A stretch of 64,000 nucleotides of DNA, taken from Flectonema sp. DT1601 (lineage: Eukaryota). A program made the translations under genes and the position numbers. Numbering within the stretch: the stretch's first letter is position 1; each line of letters opens with the position of its first letter. Below, piece by piece: positions 24,253 to 37,627 of this stretch. The stretch is taken from assembly GCA_964019425.1 (NCBI GenBank), contig OZ025798.1:806001-870000 (forward strand). Direction: 5' to 3'. The notes beneath the pieces are model-generated. The model made no database searches, was not told the DNA's origin, and saw only the letters and a program-made list of their open reading frames with translations.

Positions 24253-27133
24253 ATGCCGAGTAGTAAATCATCTTCTTCGAGCTCATCGGAGAGGAACTTC
24301 TCAGATGATGCGTGGAACAACCATTTGGAGCCAGCGGGTTCCTCCCTCCTGATCGCAGCGGGAGTGTTCATCTTGTTGAGCATAGCCACCACCTCCCTTT
24401 GCCTCGCTGCCCACTTCACTGATGATTTCCAGAGAATCGATGAGTACAACCCAAAGTTCTTGACCCTTTCCCAAAGATACTTCGACGGAGTGAAGGACCC
24501 GTTCATTATCTGGGACAGAAACAACAACAACACCTGCAGCTTCCTCACTATGCTCAGAGAAGCTGGAAACCTCACCGCGTGGCAGGCAGCAGAACGTGCC
24601 CAGGGAAGACCAATCATCACCTACCCATTCTGCTCATTCCACATTCCGTACACAGCAATCTGGGGAGCAATGGCCTCATCTTTGTTCGGTCTTGCCGCCG
24701 TTTGCTTCTACGCCATGAACGTTATGTCGAAGCCAAGAGGTACCGATGAGATGCACGACATCGCCAACAAGATCCATATCTCTGCCCTTGAGTTTTTGAA
24801 CCAGGAGTACACTTGGTTAGCCCCATTCGTCTTCCTTCTGTTCTGCTTCCTCCTTATCGCCATTGACGGACAGGACAACTCATGGGTTCCAGCGTCATCA
24901 GTTTCCTTCTTGTTTGGAGCCTTCCTCTCCGCTTCATGTGGATACATGGGAATGCATCTTGCCACCCAGGGTAACTGCCGTACCGCCGCCGCCTGTTTCT
25001 CATCAAAGGACCAGGGACTTGAGGAGGGTCTTGCCGTTGCGTTCCGTACCGGAGCCTGCATGGGTATCGGTGTTGTTTCATGCGGTGTCCTCGGACTCAC
25101 CCTTTCATACGCGATCTTCGGAAACGTTCAGTCCCTCGGAGGATTCGGTTTCGGAGCAAGTGCCGTCGCTCTCTTCGCTCGTGTCGGAGGAGGTATCTAC
25201 ACCAAGGCTGCTGACGTTGGAGCTGATTTGTGTGGAAAGGTTGACCACTCGCTCGCTGAGGACTCTCCAAAGAACCCTGCCACCATTGCTGACTGTGTTG
25301 GTGACAACGTTGGTGACGTTGCCGGTATGGGAGCTGACTTGTTCGAGTCATACGTCGGTTCGATCGTTGCCGCTGCCGTCTTGGGAGCTGGTGAATTCGG
25401 AGAGAAGGGAGTTGCTCTTCCATTTTACATTGCCATGATCGGTCTCGTTGTTTCCGTGTTCGGAACCCTCGGAATCAGAGTTTCAAAGGGAGCTAACGGT
25501 AAGGCCACTCTTGACCAGCTTCTTGCCGCAATGAGACTCAACATCATCGTGTCAGGTCTCTTCATTGTTGCCGGATGTGTCATCTTGTGTGTGTTCTTGT
25601 TCAGAGCTGAGAGAGACGAACTTGAGGACTTGTTCGACACCCCATGGAGACAGAAGGAACCTGGTGCAAGACTTTTGGGATGCATCGTTGTCGGTCTCGT
25701 TGTTGGTATCTTGATCGGACTTGCCACCGAGCACTTCACCTCCCACACTGAGGAACCAACCCAGTCGATCGGCCGGGCCACCGCCTTCGGACCAGGACCA
25801 GTCATCATCCAGGGTCTTGGACAGGGAATGTACTCCACCGTCATTCCATTGATCTTGATCGTCGCCGCTGTCCTCGGAGCGTTCTACCTCGCTGGATTCT
25901 ACGGAACTGCCATCACCTGTGTTGGTATGCTTTCAACCCTCGGAGTCACCATGTCTACTGATGCCTACGGACCAGTCTCTGACAACGCCGGAGGAATTGC
26001 TGAGATGGCTGAGCTTCCAGAATGGGTTCGTGAATACACTGATCAGCTTGATGCTTTGGGTAACACCACCGCTGCCACCGGAAAGGGATTCGCCAACGGA
26101 TCCGCTGTGTTGTCTGCCCTTTCATTGTTGATTGCCTTCGCCAGAATTGCCGAGATCGAGGAAGTCAACTTGTTGAGACCTGTTGTCGTCATCGGAGTCC
26201 TCATCGGATCACTGCTTCCATACGTCTTCGGAGCCATGACCATGCTTTCCGTCAACAAGGCCGCTCAGGAGATGATGTTCGAAGTCAGAAGACAATTCAA
26301 GGCCAACCCAAAGCTTCTCACTGACAAGCACTCGAGACCTGACTACAAGAAGTGTATCGAGATCTCCTGCAAGTCTTCCTTGAGAGAGATGGTTCTTCCA
26401 GGTGTTCTCGCCACCTTCTCACCGCTCGTTATCGGATTCATCTTCGGATCCCACGCTTTGGTTGGTCTCCTTGTCGGAGCGATTGCATCAGGATACCTTC
26501 AGGGAGTCATGATGTCGAACACTGGAGGAGCATGGGACAACGCCAAGAAGTGGATTGAGGCCGGAGAGTTCAAGATCAAGGGAGTTCCCCAGGGTAAGGG
26601 AACTGACTGCCACAAGGCGGCCGTCTGTGGTGACACTGTCGGAGATCCATTCAAGGACACCTCTGGACCTGCCTTGAACATCTTGATTAAGTTGATGACG
26701 AGATTCGCATTCGTGTGCGCTCCATTGTTCGCTGAAGACTGGGAATTCTGGTGGGTTGGTCTCATCCTTCTCGGAGGATCCATCGTCTTGGTCATCATCC
26801 TCAAGTTCACCATCCTTGTTGAGGATGATAAGGCGGAGGACGATGATGATGATGATGAGCCAAGCGCAAACTCCCCTGATAAGGTGTGTATTTTATTATG
26901 TTTTGATTAAAGGGATAAGAAATATACTAAGTTAGTTTTAGTATTTTAATTATATACAAAAGATTATTAATGGGAATACTAATTCACTCCAAATATAAAT
27001 TTCGTGCTCTTTTTGAGAGCAGACTTACACACATAGTAAGACAAGAGTGTTTGATAAGATTTGATATAAAATAAAAAAGTAATAATTATAACAGGACGAC
27101 GGAGAAGGCGAAAAGGGATTAATGACAAAGTAA
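24253..27133 (+). CDS. membrane pyrophosphatase copy 1 (type A; K+-dependent, Na+-PPase signature); exons 24253-26883, 27095-27133
   Basis: [15 protein letters not shown], Dx[22 protein letters not shown] and [10 protein letters not shown] motifs; terminal GT-AG intron; last exon [12 protein letters not shown]. Confidence 0.92.
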
Positions 27134-27534
27134 GTAATTAAACGTGTCAGGAACTTGTAATCCGAAGTATATTTGTTAACTTAAATTTGAAGATGCCAAA
27201 GCCGTTAGCAAATGCAAAAAGAAAAATAATTTCAATTAAATAGCTGCACCACTTGTTCACTTCCCACCCTTTCCCTTCCCTCCTTCACATTCCCAACCTC
27301 TGTTATTCACACAACTTGGCTTCGCGCCCCCTCACACACCCACACTTTGCTTTTATTTTAAACAAATCATTTGTCTCCCTTCCCTGCCCGGCTTGTGAGC
27401 TTACTGGGTGCCATGAAAGCGTCAAAACCCCTCTTTGCATCAGACGCTTGACTGTGCACAACTGCCCGGTATGCGACTCTGGAATATGGGTGAGTTTGTT
27501 TCTTATATTAATTCACCCTCATCAGATATCTAAG

Positions 27535-30314
27535 ATGCCGAGTAGTAAATCATCTTCTTCGAGCTCATCGGAGAGGAACTTCTCAGATGATGCGTGGAAC
27601 AACCATTTGGAGCCAGCGGGTTCCTCCCTCCTGATCGCAGCGGGAGTGTTCATCTTGTTGAGCATAGCCACCACCTCCCTTTGCCTCGCTGCCCACTTCA
27701 CTGATGACTTCCAGAGAATCGATGAGTACAACCCAAAGTTCTTGACTCTTTCCCAAAGATACTTCGACGGAGTGAAGGACCCGTTCATTATCTGGGACAG
27801 AAACAACAACAACACCTGCAGCTTCCTCACTATGCTCAGAGAAGCTGGAAACCTCACCGCGTGGCAGGCAGCAGAACGTGCCCAGGGAAGACCAATCATC
27901 ACCTACCCATTCTGCTCATTCCACATTCCGTACACAGCAATCTGGGGAGCAATGGCCTCATCTTTGTTCGGTCTTGCCGCCGTTTGCTTCTACGCCATGA
28001 ACGTTATGTCGAAGCCAAGAGGTACCGATGAGATGCACGACATCGCCAACAAGATCCATATCTCTGCCCTTGAGTTTTTGAACCAGGAGTACACTTGGTT
28101 AGCCCCATTCGTCTTCCTTCTGTTCTGCTTCCTCCTTATCGCCATTGACGGACAGGACAACTCATGGGTTCCAGCGTCATCAGTTTCCTTCTTGTTTGGA
28201 GCCTTCCTCTCCGCTTCATGTGGATACATGGGAATGCATCTTGCCACCCAGGGTAACTGCCGTACCGCCGCCGCCTGTTTCTCATCAAAGGACCAGGGAC
28301 TTGAGGAGGGTCTTGCCGTTGCGTTCCGTACCGGAGCCTGCATGGGTATCGGTGTTGTTTCATGCGGTGTCCTCGGACTCACCCTTTCATACGCGATCTT
28401 CGGAAACGTTCAATCCCTTGGAGGATTCGGTTTCGGAGCAAGTGCCGTTGCCCTCTTCGCTCGTGTCGGAGGAGGTATCTACACCAAGGCTGCTGACGTT
28501 GGAGCTGATTTGTGTGGAAAGGTTGACCACTCGCTCGCTGAGGACTCCCCAAAGAACCCTGCCACCATTGCTGACTGTGTTGGTGACAACGTTGGTGACG
28601 TTGCCGGTATGGGAGCTGACTTGTTCGAGTCATACGTCGGTTCGATTGTTGCCGCTGCCGTCTTGGGAGCTGGTGAATTTGGAGAGAAGGGAGTTGCTCT
28701 TCCATTTTACATTGCCATGATCGGTCTCGTTGTTTCCGTGTTCGGAACCCTCGGAATCAGAGTTTCAAAGGGAGCTAACGGTAAGGCCACTCTTGACCAG
28801 CTTCTTGCCGCAATGAGACTCAACATCATCGTGTCAGGTCTCTTCATTGTTGCTGGATGTGTCATCTTGTGTGTGTTCTTGTTCAGAGCTGAGAGAGACG
28901 AACTTGAGGACTTGTTCGACACCCCATGGAGACAGAAGGAACCTGGTGCAAGACTTTTGGGATGCATCGTTGTCGGTCTCGTTGTTGGTATCCTGATCGG
29001 ACTTGCCACCGAGCACTTCACCTCCCACACTGAGGAACCAACCCAGTCGATCGGCCGGGCCACCGCCTTCGGACCAGGACCAGTCATCATCCAGGGTCTT
29101 GGACAGGGAATGTACTCCACCGTCATTCCATTGATCTTGATCGTCGCCGCTGTCCTCGGAGCGTTCTACCTCGCTGGATTCTACGGAACTGCCATCACCT
29201 GTGTTGGTATGCTTTCAACCCTCGGAGTCACCATGTCTACTGATGCCTACGGACCAGTCTCTGACAACGCCGGAGGAATTGCTGAGATGGCTGAGCTTCC
29301 AGAATGGGTTCGTGAATACACTGATCAGCTTGATGCTTTGGGTAACACCACCGCTGCCACCGGAAAGGGATTCGCCAACGGATCCGCTGTGTTGTCTGCC
29401 CTTTCATTGTTGATTGCCTTCGCCAGAATTGCCGAGATCGAGGAAGTCAACTTGTTGAGACCTGTTGTCGTCATCGGAGTCCTCATCGGATCGCTGCTTC
29501 CATACGTCTTCGGAGCCATGACCATGCTTTCCGTCAACAAGGCCGCTCAGGAGATGATGTTCGAAGTCAGAAGACAATTCAAGGCCAACCCAAAGCTTCT
29601 CACTGACAAGCACTCGAGACCTGACTACAAGAAGTGTATCGAGATCTCCTGCAAGTCTTCCTTGAGAGAGATGGTTCTTCCAGGTGTTCTCGCCACCTTC
29701 TCACCGCTCGTTATCGGATTCATCTTCGGATCCCACGCTTTGGTTGGTCTCCTTGTCGGAGCGATTGCATCAGGATACCTTCAGGGAGTCATGATGTCGA
29801 ACACTGGAGGAGCATGGGACAACGCCAAGAAGTGGATTGAGGCCGGAGAGTTCAAGATCAAGGGAGTTCCCCAGGGTAAGGGAACTGACTGCCACAAGGC
29901 GGCCGTCTGTGGTGACACTGTCGGAGATCCATTCAAGGACACCTCTGGACCTGCCTTGAACATCTTGATTAAGTTGATGACGAGATTCGCATTCGTGTGC
30001 GCTCCATTGTTCGCTGAAGACTGGGAATTCTGGTGGGTTGGTCTCATCCTTCTCGGAGGATCCATTGTCTTGGTCATCATCCTCAAGTTCACCATCCTTG
30101 TTGAGGATGATAAGGCGGAGGACGATGATGATGAGCCAAGCGAAACCTCCCCTGACGCAGTTGTATGTACTTTATTATGTAAGAATTGAAATGGAAGTTA
30201 ATTATCTTATTATTTTTGATTAGGAGGGTTAAGAAGTTTCATCTCTTCTGTCTCACGTTTCTATTGTACTGCATTACAAATATAAAAAAATAATAACAAC
30301 AACAGGATGCCTAA
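27535..30314 (+). CDS. membrane pyrophosphatase copy 2 (type A); exons 27535-30162, 30306-30314
   Basis: Near-identical to copy 1; GTT|gtatgt...caacag|GATGCCTAA. Confidence 0.92.
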
Positions 30315-30839
30315 GATTTTATAAGTTATTATAGTACTTCGTGTTGTATAAATGTGTTTTTTGTGCCGACTTCTATGGATTGTCGGGCCACTTATTCATA
30401 TTTCGTTTTTGTAGCTCATGTTTAGTCAAAAATCTGTTACTTGTCCTCATTTCACTCCTTCCTGTCCCATCCTCCCTATTCCCTTTTCATGGTGGGTGTT
30501 TCTGACTCCCTCCTTGAAACTGTTCCCGTGGCTTGATATCTATTACCTATGGTGTTATGAGATTACAATGCCCCCGTATGAAAACGAACTTTCAGTTTGA
30601 AAAAAAAAAAAAACGAAATAAAACTCCAGCTCAGCACTTGCTGAGTTGCTGGTGAAGATCATCCTTTGTATTGTCTCCCTTGTTGTGAGAACTATTCGAA
30701 AATTGTTTTGTTCACTTGGTTAGACTTGTTCTCATATTACAGAATAATATTGTGTTATGTGGTAGTCATCAAGCTGATTATCTTTTGAGTAGTTTTTGTT
30801 TGTAATTATTAATTAATTCACCCTCATCAGATACCTAAG

Positions 30840-33594
30840 ATGCCGAGTAGTAAATCATCTTCTTCGAGCTCATCGGAGAGGAACTTCTCAGATGATGCGT
30901 GGAACAACCATTTGGAGCCAGCGGGTTCCTCCCTCCTGATCGCAGCGGGAGTGTTCATCTTGTTGAGCATAGCCACCACCTCCCTTTGCCTCGCTGCCCA
31001 CTTCACTGATGACTTCCAGAGAATCGATGAGTACAACCCAAAGTTCTTGACCCTTTCCCAAAGATACTTCGACGGAGTGAAGGACCCGTTCATTATCTGG
31101 GACAGAAACAACAACAACACCTGCAGCTTCCTCACTATGCTCAGAGAAGCTGGAAACCTCACCGCGTGGCAGGCAGCAGAACGTGCCCAGGGAAGACCAA
31201 TCATCACCTACCCATTCTGCTCATTCCACATTCCGTACACAGCAATCTGGGGAGCAATGGCCTCATCTTTGTTCGGTCTTGCCGCCGTTTGCTTCTACGC
31301 CATGAACGTTATGTCGAAGCCAAGAGGTACCGATGAGATGCACGACATCGCCAACAAGATCCATATCTCTGCCCTTGAGTTCTTGAACCAGGAGTACACT
31401 TGGTTAGCCCCATTCGTCTTCCTTCTGTTCTGCTTCCTCCTTATCGCCATTGACGGACAGGACAACTCATGGGTTCCAGCGTCATCGGTTTCTTTCTTGT
31501 TTGGAGCCTTCCTCTCCGCTTCGTGTGGATACATGGGAATGCATCTTGCCACCCAGGGTAACTGCCGTACCGCCGCCGCCTGTTTCTCATCAAAGGACCA
31601 GGGACTTGAGGAGGGTCTTGCTGTTGCGTTCCGTACCGGAGCCTGCATGGGTATCGGTGTTGTTTCATGCGGTGTCCTCGGACTCACCCTTTCATACGCG
31701 ATCTTCGGAAACGTTCAGTCCCTCGGAGGATTCGGTTTTGGAGCAAGTGCCGTCGCCCTCTTCGCTCGTGTCGGAGGAGGTATCTACACCAAGGCTGCTG
31801 ACGTTGGAGCTGATTTGTGTGGAAAGGTTGACCACTCGCTCGCTGAGGACTCCCCAAAGAACCCTGCCACCATTGCTGACTGTGTTGGTGACAACGTTGG
31901 TGACGTTGCCGGTATGGGAGCTGACTTGTTCGAGTCATACGTCGGTTCGATTGTTGCCGCTGCCGTCTTGGGAGCTGGTGAATTTGGAGAGAAGGGAGTT
32001 GCTCTTCCATTTTACATTGCCATGATCGGTCTCGTTGTTTCCGTGTTCGGAACCCTCGGAATCAGAGTTTCAAAGGGAGCTAACGGTAAGGCCACTCTTG
32101 ACCAGCTTCTTGCCGCAATGAGACTCAACATCATCGTGTCAGGTCTCTTCATTGTTGCTGGATGTGTCATCTTGTGTGTGTTCTTGTTCAGAGCTGAGAG
32201 AGACGAACTTGAGGACTTGTTCGACACCCCATGGAGACAGAAGGAACCTGGTGCAAGACTTTTGGGATGCATCGTTGTCGGTCTCGTTGTTGGTATCCTG
32301 ATCGGACTTGCCACCGAGCACTTCACCTCCCACACTGAGGAACCAACCCAGTCGATCGGCCGGGCCACCGCCTTCGGACCAGGACCAGTCATCATCCAGG
32401 GTCTTGGACAGGGAATGTACTCCACCGTCATTCCATTGATCTTGATCGTCGCCGCTGTCCTCGGAGCGTTCTACCTCGCTGGATTCTACGGAACTGCCAT
32501 CACCTGTGTTGGTATGCTTTCAACCCTCGGAGTCACCATGTCTACTGATGCCTACGGACCAGTCTCTGACAACGCCGGAGGAATTGCTGAGATGGCTGAG
32601 CTTCCAGAATGGGTTCGTGAATACACTGATCAGCTTGATGCTTTGGGTAACACCACCGCTGCCACCGGAAAGGGATTCGCCAACGGATCCGCTGTGTTGT
32701 CTGCCCTTTCATTGTTGATTGCCTTCGCCAGAATTGCCGAGATCGAGGAAGTCAACTTGTTGAGACCTGTTGTCGTCATCGGAGTCCTCATCGGATCGCT
32801 GCTTCCATACGTCTTCGGAGCCATGACCATGCTTTCCGTCAACAAGGCCGCTCAGGAGATGATGTTCGAAGTCAGAAGACAATTCAAGGCCAACCCAAAG
32901 CTTCTCACTGACAAGCACTCGAGACCTGACTACAAGAAGTGTATCGAGATCTCCTGCAAGTCTTCCTTGAGAGAGATGGTTCTTCCAGGTGTTCTCGCCA
33001 CCTTCTCACCGCTCGTTATCGGATTCATCTTCGGATCCCACGCTTTGGTTGGTCTCCTTGTCGGAGCGATTGCATCAGGATACCTTCAGGGAGTCATGAT
33101 GTCGAACACTGGAGGAGCATGGGACAACGCCAAGAAGTGGATTGAGGCCGGAGAGTTCAAGATCAAGGGAGTTCCCCAGGGTAAGGGAACTGACTGCCAC
33201 AAGGCGGCCGTCTGTGGTGACACTGTCGGAGATCCATTCAAGGACACCTCTGGACCTGCCTTGAACATCTTGATTAAGTTGATGACGAGATTCGCATTCG
33301 TGTGCGCTCCATTGTTCGCTGAAGACTGGGAATTCTGGTGGGTTGGTCTCATCCTTCTCGGAGGATCCATTGTCTTGGTCATCATCCTCAAGTTCACCAT
33401 CCTTGTTGAGGATGATAAGGCGGAGGACGATGATGATGAGCCAAGTGAAACCTCCCCTGACGCAGTTGTATGTTTTTAATTTTGTAAGCGTGACTAGGGT
33501 ATTTCATGCAAAATAAATAAAAAAGAATCTTAAAGTTAATAAACCTTGTTTCTGTTATAAGAATCACTTCAAATAATAAACAAAACAGAACTAA
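30840..33594 (+). CDS. membrane pyrophosphatase copy 3 (type A); exons 30840-33467, 33589-33594
   Basis: Near-identical to copy 2; GTT|gtatgt...aaacag|AACTAA. Confidence 0.92.
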
Positions 33595-34192
33595 AAGATT
33601 GATTGAAATTCTGCTACTTGTAATTAACTAGCGAGTAGTATACTGACTTGCTGACTAGCTGGATTAACCAATCGTACCATGACTTATTCGTTTCTATTTT
33701 ATTCTGTTTTCTACTTATGCCCTCCCCAACTCCGTGTATTAAAGACCTTGGATTTGATCTGCTATGAAGCATTAAGTCACCTCCGGTGGGTCGGTTTAAT
33801 GACTTGCGGACCAATAGGAAGGTAGCCCTAAATCTCACCTCTTCCCCATCAACTTTGTATTGTCATAACGTTACTTAGCAAAAGTTCAGTAATGTCGACT
33901 TCGTGCCCGCTCCCCTTCCAAAGAAGAAAAAAAAAGAAAAAGAAAAGGAAAAGCATCAAACGGCATAGCTCCTAGCCAGTCATCACTCTTGATTTCAACT
34001 AGAACGATCACACTCAGGAATTAGATTGTTGCTTCGACTAAAAGTTACGAGTCAACAACTATTTTCTGAGGGAGTTCGCGATGATTAGGCTAGGAGTTCT
34101 TGCAACCTTTCATTGATTTTCATTTGTTCTGCTTTGTGAATGTTTTGTGGGTTCTTCGCTTAAGTTTCTCTCACTGTCAGCTATCTGTTAAA

Positions 34193-37026
34193 ATGGGTGC
34201 CACCAAGGCCGCTAAAAAGAAGTTGCAGGAATCCAAGACGGAGATGGAGGAGCAACCAGAAGTTGTCGCAACTGAGGATGTTCCAGTTGTTGACACCAAG
34301 AAGGTCGCAGAGGAAGAGGAGGAGGAGGAGGAAGAGAGAGTCTTTGCTGACGATGCCTGGAACAACCACACTGAGCCAGCAGGAGCCTCGCTGTACGTTG
34401 CTGGAGTCATCTTCCTTCTTCTGTCATGTGGTGCCCTTGCCCTGTGCTTGCTTGCGCACTTCACTGATGACTTCCAGAGAATCGATGAGTACCACCCATC
34501 ATTCTTGACCCTTTCCCAAAGACACTTCGACGGAGTGAAGGACCCGTTCATTATCTGGGAGAGAAACAACAACTTCACCTGCACCTTCTTGACCCGTTTG
34601 AGAGAGAACAATGCCCTTACAACTTGGCACGCAACTGAAGAGCGCAATGGAAGACCAATCATCACCTACCCATTCTGCTCATTCCACGTTCCGTACACAG
34701 CAATCTGGGGAGCGATGGCCTCGGGTCTGTTCGGTCTTGCCGCCGTTTGCTACTACGCCGTGAACGTTATGTCGAAGCCAAGAGGTACCGATGAGATGCA
34801 CGACATCGCCAACAAGATCCACATCTCCGCCCTCGACTTCTTAAACCAGGAGTACTTCTGGTTGGCCCCATTCGTTGTGTTGTTGTTCTCCTTCTTGTAC
34901 GTCGCCATTGACGGACAGGACAACTCATGGGTTCCAGCGTCATCGGTTTCCTTCTTGTTTGGAGCCTTCCTCTCCGCTTCATGTGGATACATGGGAATGC
35001 ATCTTGCCACCCAGGGTAACTGCCGTACCGCCGCCGCCTGTTTCTCATCAAAGGACCAGGGACTTGAGGAGGGTCTTGCTGTTGCGTTCCGTACCGGAGC
35101 CTGCATGGGTATCGGTGTTGTTTCATGCGGTGTCCTCGGACTTGCCCTTTCATACTCGATCTTCGGAAACGTTCAATCCCTTGGAGGATTCGGTTTCGGA
35201 GCAAGTGCCGTCGCTCTCTTCGCTCGTGTCGGAGGAGGTATCTACACCAAGGCTGCTGACGTTGGAGCTGATTTGTGTGGAAAGGTTGACAACTCGCTCG
35301 CTGAGGACTCCCCAAAGAACCCTGCCACCATTGCTGACTGTGTTGGTGACAACGTTGGTGACGTTGCCGGTATGGGAGCTGACTTGTTCGAGTCATACGT
35401 CGGTTCGATTGTTGCCGCTGCCGTCTTGGGAGCCGGTGAATTCGGAGAGAAGGGAGTTGCTCTTCCATTTTACATTGCCATGATCGGTCTCGTTGTTTCC
35501 GTGTTCGGAACCCTTGGAATCAGAGTTTCAAAGGGAGTTGACGGTAAGGCCACTCTTGACCAGCTTCTTGCCGCAATGAGACTCAACATCATCGTGTCAG
35601 GTCTCTTCATTGTTGCCGGATGTGTCATCTTGTGTGTGTTCTTGTTCAGAGCTGAGAGAGACGAACTTGAGGACTTGTTCGACACCCCATGGAGACAGAA
35701 GGAACCTGGTGCAAGACTTTTGGGATGCATCGTTGTCGGTCTCGTTGTTGGTATCCTGATCGGACTTGCCACCGAGCACTTCACCTCCCACACTGAGGAA
35801 CCAACCCAGTCGATCGGCCGGGCCACCGCCTTCGGACCAGGACCAGTTATCATCCAGGGTCTTGGACAGGGAATGTACTCCACCGTCATTCCATTGATCT
35901 TGATCGTCGCCGCTGTCTTGGGAGCGTTCTACCTCGCTGGATTCTACGGAACTGCCATCGCCTGTGTTGGTATGCTTTCAACCCTCGGAGTCACCATGTC
36001 TACTGATGCCTACGGACCAGTCTCTGACAACGCCGGAGGAATTGCTGAGATGGCTGAGCTTCCAGAATGGGTTCGTGAATACACTGATCAGCTTGATGCT
36101 TTGGGTAACACCACCGCTGCCACCGGAAAGGGATTCGCCAACGGATCCGCTGTGTTGTCCGCCATCTCGTTGTTGATTGCCTTCGCCAGAATTGCCGAGA
36201 TCGAATCCGTTGACTTGTTGAGACCTGTCGTAGTTGTTGGAGTCCTCATCGGATCGCTGCTTCCATACGTCTTCGGAGCCATGACCATGCTTTCCGTCAA
36301 CAAGGCCGCTCAGGAGATGATGTTTGAAGTCAGAAGACAATTCAAGGCCAACCCAAGGCTTCTCACTGACAAGCACTCGAGACCTGACTACAAGAAGTGC
36401 ATTGACATCTCCTGCAAGTCTTCTTTGAGAGAGATGGTTCTTCCAGGTATCCTCGCCACCTTCTCACCGCTCGTTATCGGATTCATCTTCGGATCCCACG
36501 CTTTGGTTGGTCTCCTTGTCGGAGCGATTGCATCAGGATACCTTCAGGGAGTCATGATGTCGAACACTGGAGGAGCATGGGACAACGCCAAGAAGTGGAT
36601 TGAGGCCGGAGAGTTCAGGATCAAGGGATTTTCCCAGGGTAAGGGAACTGACTGCCACAAGGCCGCCGTCTGTGGTGACACTGTCGGAGATCCATTCAAG
36701 GACACCTCTGGACCTGCCTTGAACATCTTGATTAAGTTGATGACCAGATTCTCCTTCGTATGCGCTCCATTGTTCGCTGACGACTGGGAATACTGGTGGG
36801 TTGGTCTCATCCTTCTCGGAGGATCTTCCCTCTTGGTCATCATCCTCAAGTTCACTCTTCTTAACGATACCGAACCAAAGGAAGATGATGAAGAGACTGG
36901 TCCTGACTCTGAGGTATGTTAAGTTTATTATTTACTCCAACGATGTATATCATTGAGTGAAAACTTAGATATGACATCAACATTATTCACTACGTAATAC
37001 TTAGAATAATTAAACAGGACGCATAG
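34193..37026 (+). CDS. membrane pyrophosphatase copy 4 (type B, long acidic N-terminus); exons 34193-36913, 37018-37026
   Basis: Same motifs; starts [10 protein letters not shown] after ctgtcag; GAG|gtatgt...aaacag|GACGCATAG. Confidence 0.92.
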
Positions 37027-37627
37027 GAAGCGAATTACTTCAGAAAGCTACATGATGCATAATATTGTAGCTGATTGACTTAGACCAATATTGGTAGTAG
37101 GTATTGTATTGATTGATGTGAGGTGCAAAACTTTCTGATTGTATAGTGATTATGCAAACCCACTTCTTTGTGCTGTAGTTGTACTTTATGTTTCCTTCAC
37201 AATGTCAACGATGACAATCTCTCTCTACTCATTCCCCTTCTCAACTCATCACCGCGTTATGTTTATCATGTGTTTGCTGTGTTTTTAGTATCGACCCCCG
37301 CCCGTCTGCGTTTATTATGTCTCCTTCCATGTCATTGGATTGCACCTCATTAATCGTCCCGACCCACATCCGATACAGAAATAAATAGTAGTCACACAGT
37401 TCGAATATTAATTTAGTTGTATTCGGATGATTTATAATTGCGATACCACAATTGATTACAATATCTTAATCAGGTCACGTGATGTTTAAGTTCTTGTTGA
37501 TTTAGTGAGTTGCGATGTTGGCTACTAGATAGCTGTTAAGTCACTTTTAGTATAAAGGTTTACAGATTACTTGTAATATTCATATATTTATATTCACACA
37601 CTTCCCCCATCATAGTATCTACGTATT

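Noticed and set aside
27253..27534. N-terminal ORF extensions from upstream starts (also 24211, 34100, 40762, 20991, 47423, 59039)
   Set aside because: They run through pyrimidine tracts or homopolymers upstream of acceptor-like AGs and are mostly not shared among paralogs.
36914..36922. Cys-containing C-termini ([15 protein letters not shown]) of the PPase ORFs as lipidation motifs
   Set aside because: Val-Cys is simply the translation of the gtatgt/gtgtgt splice donor; each copy has a downstream acceptor and terminal exon.
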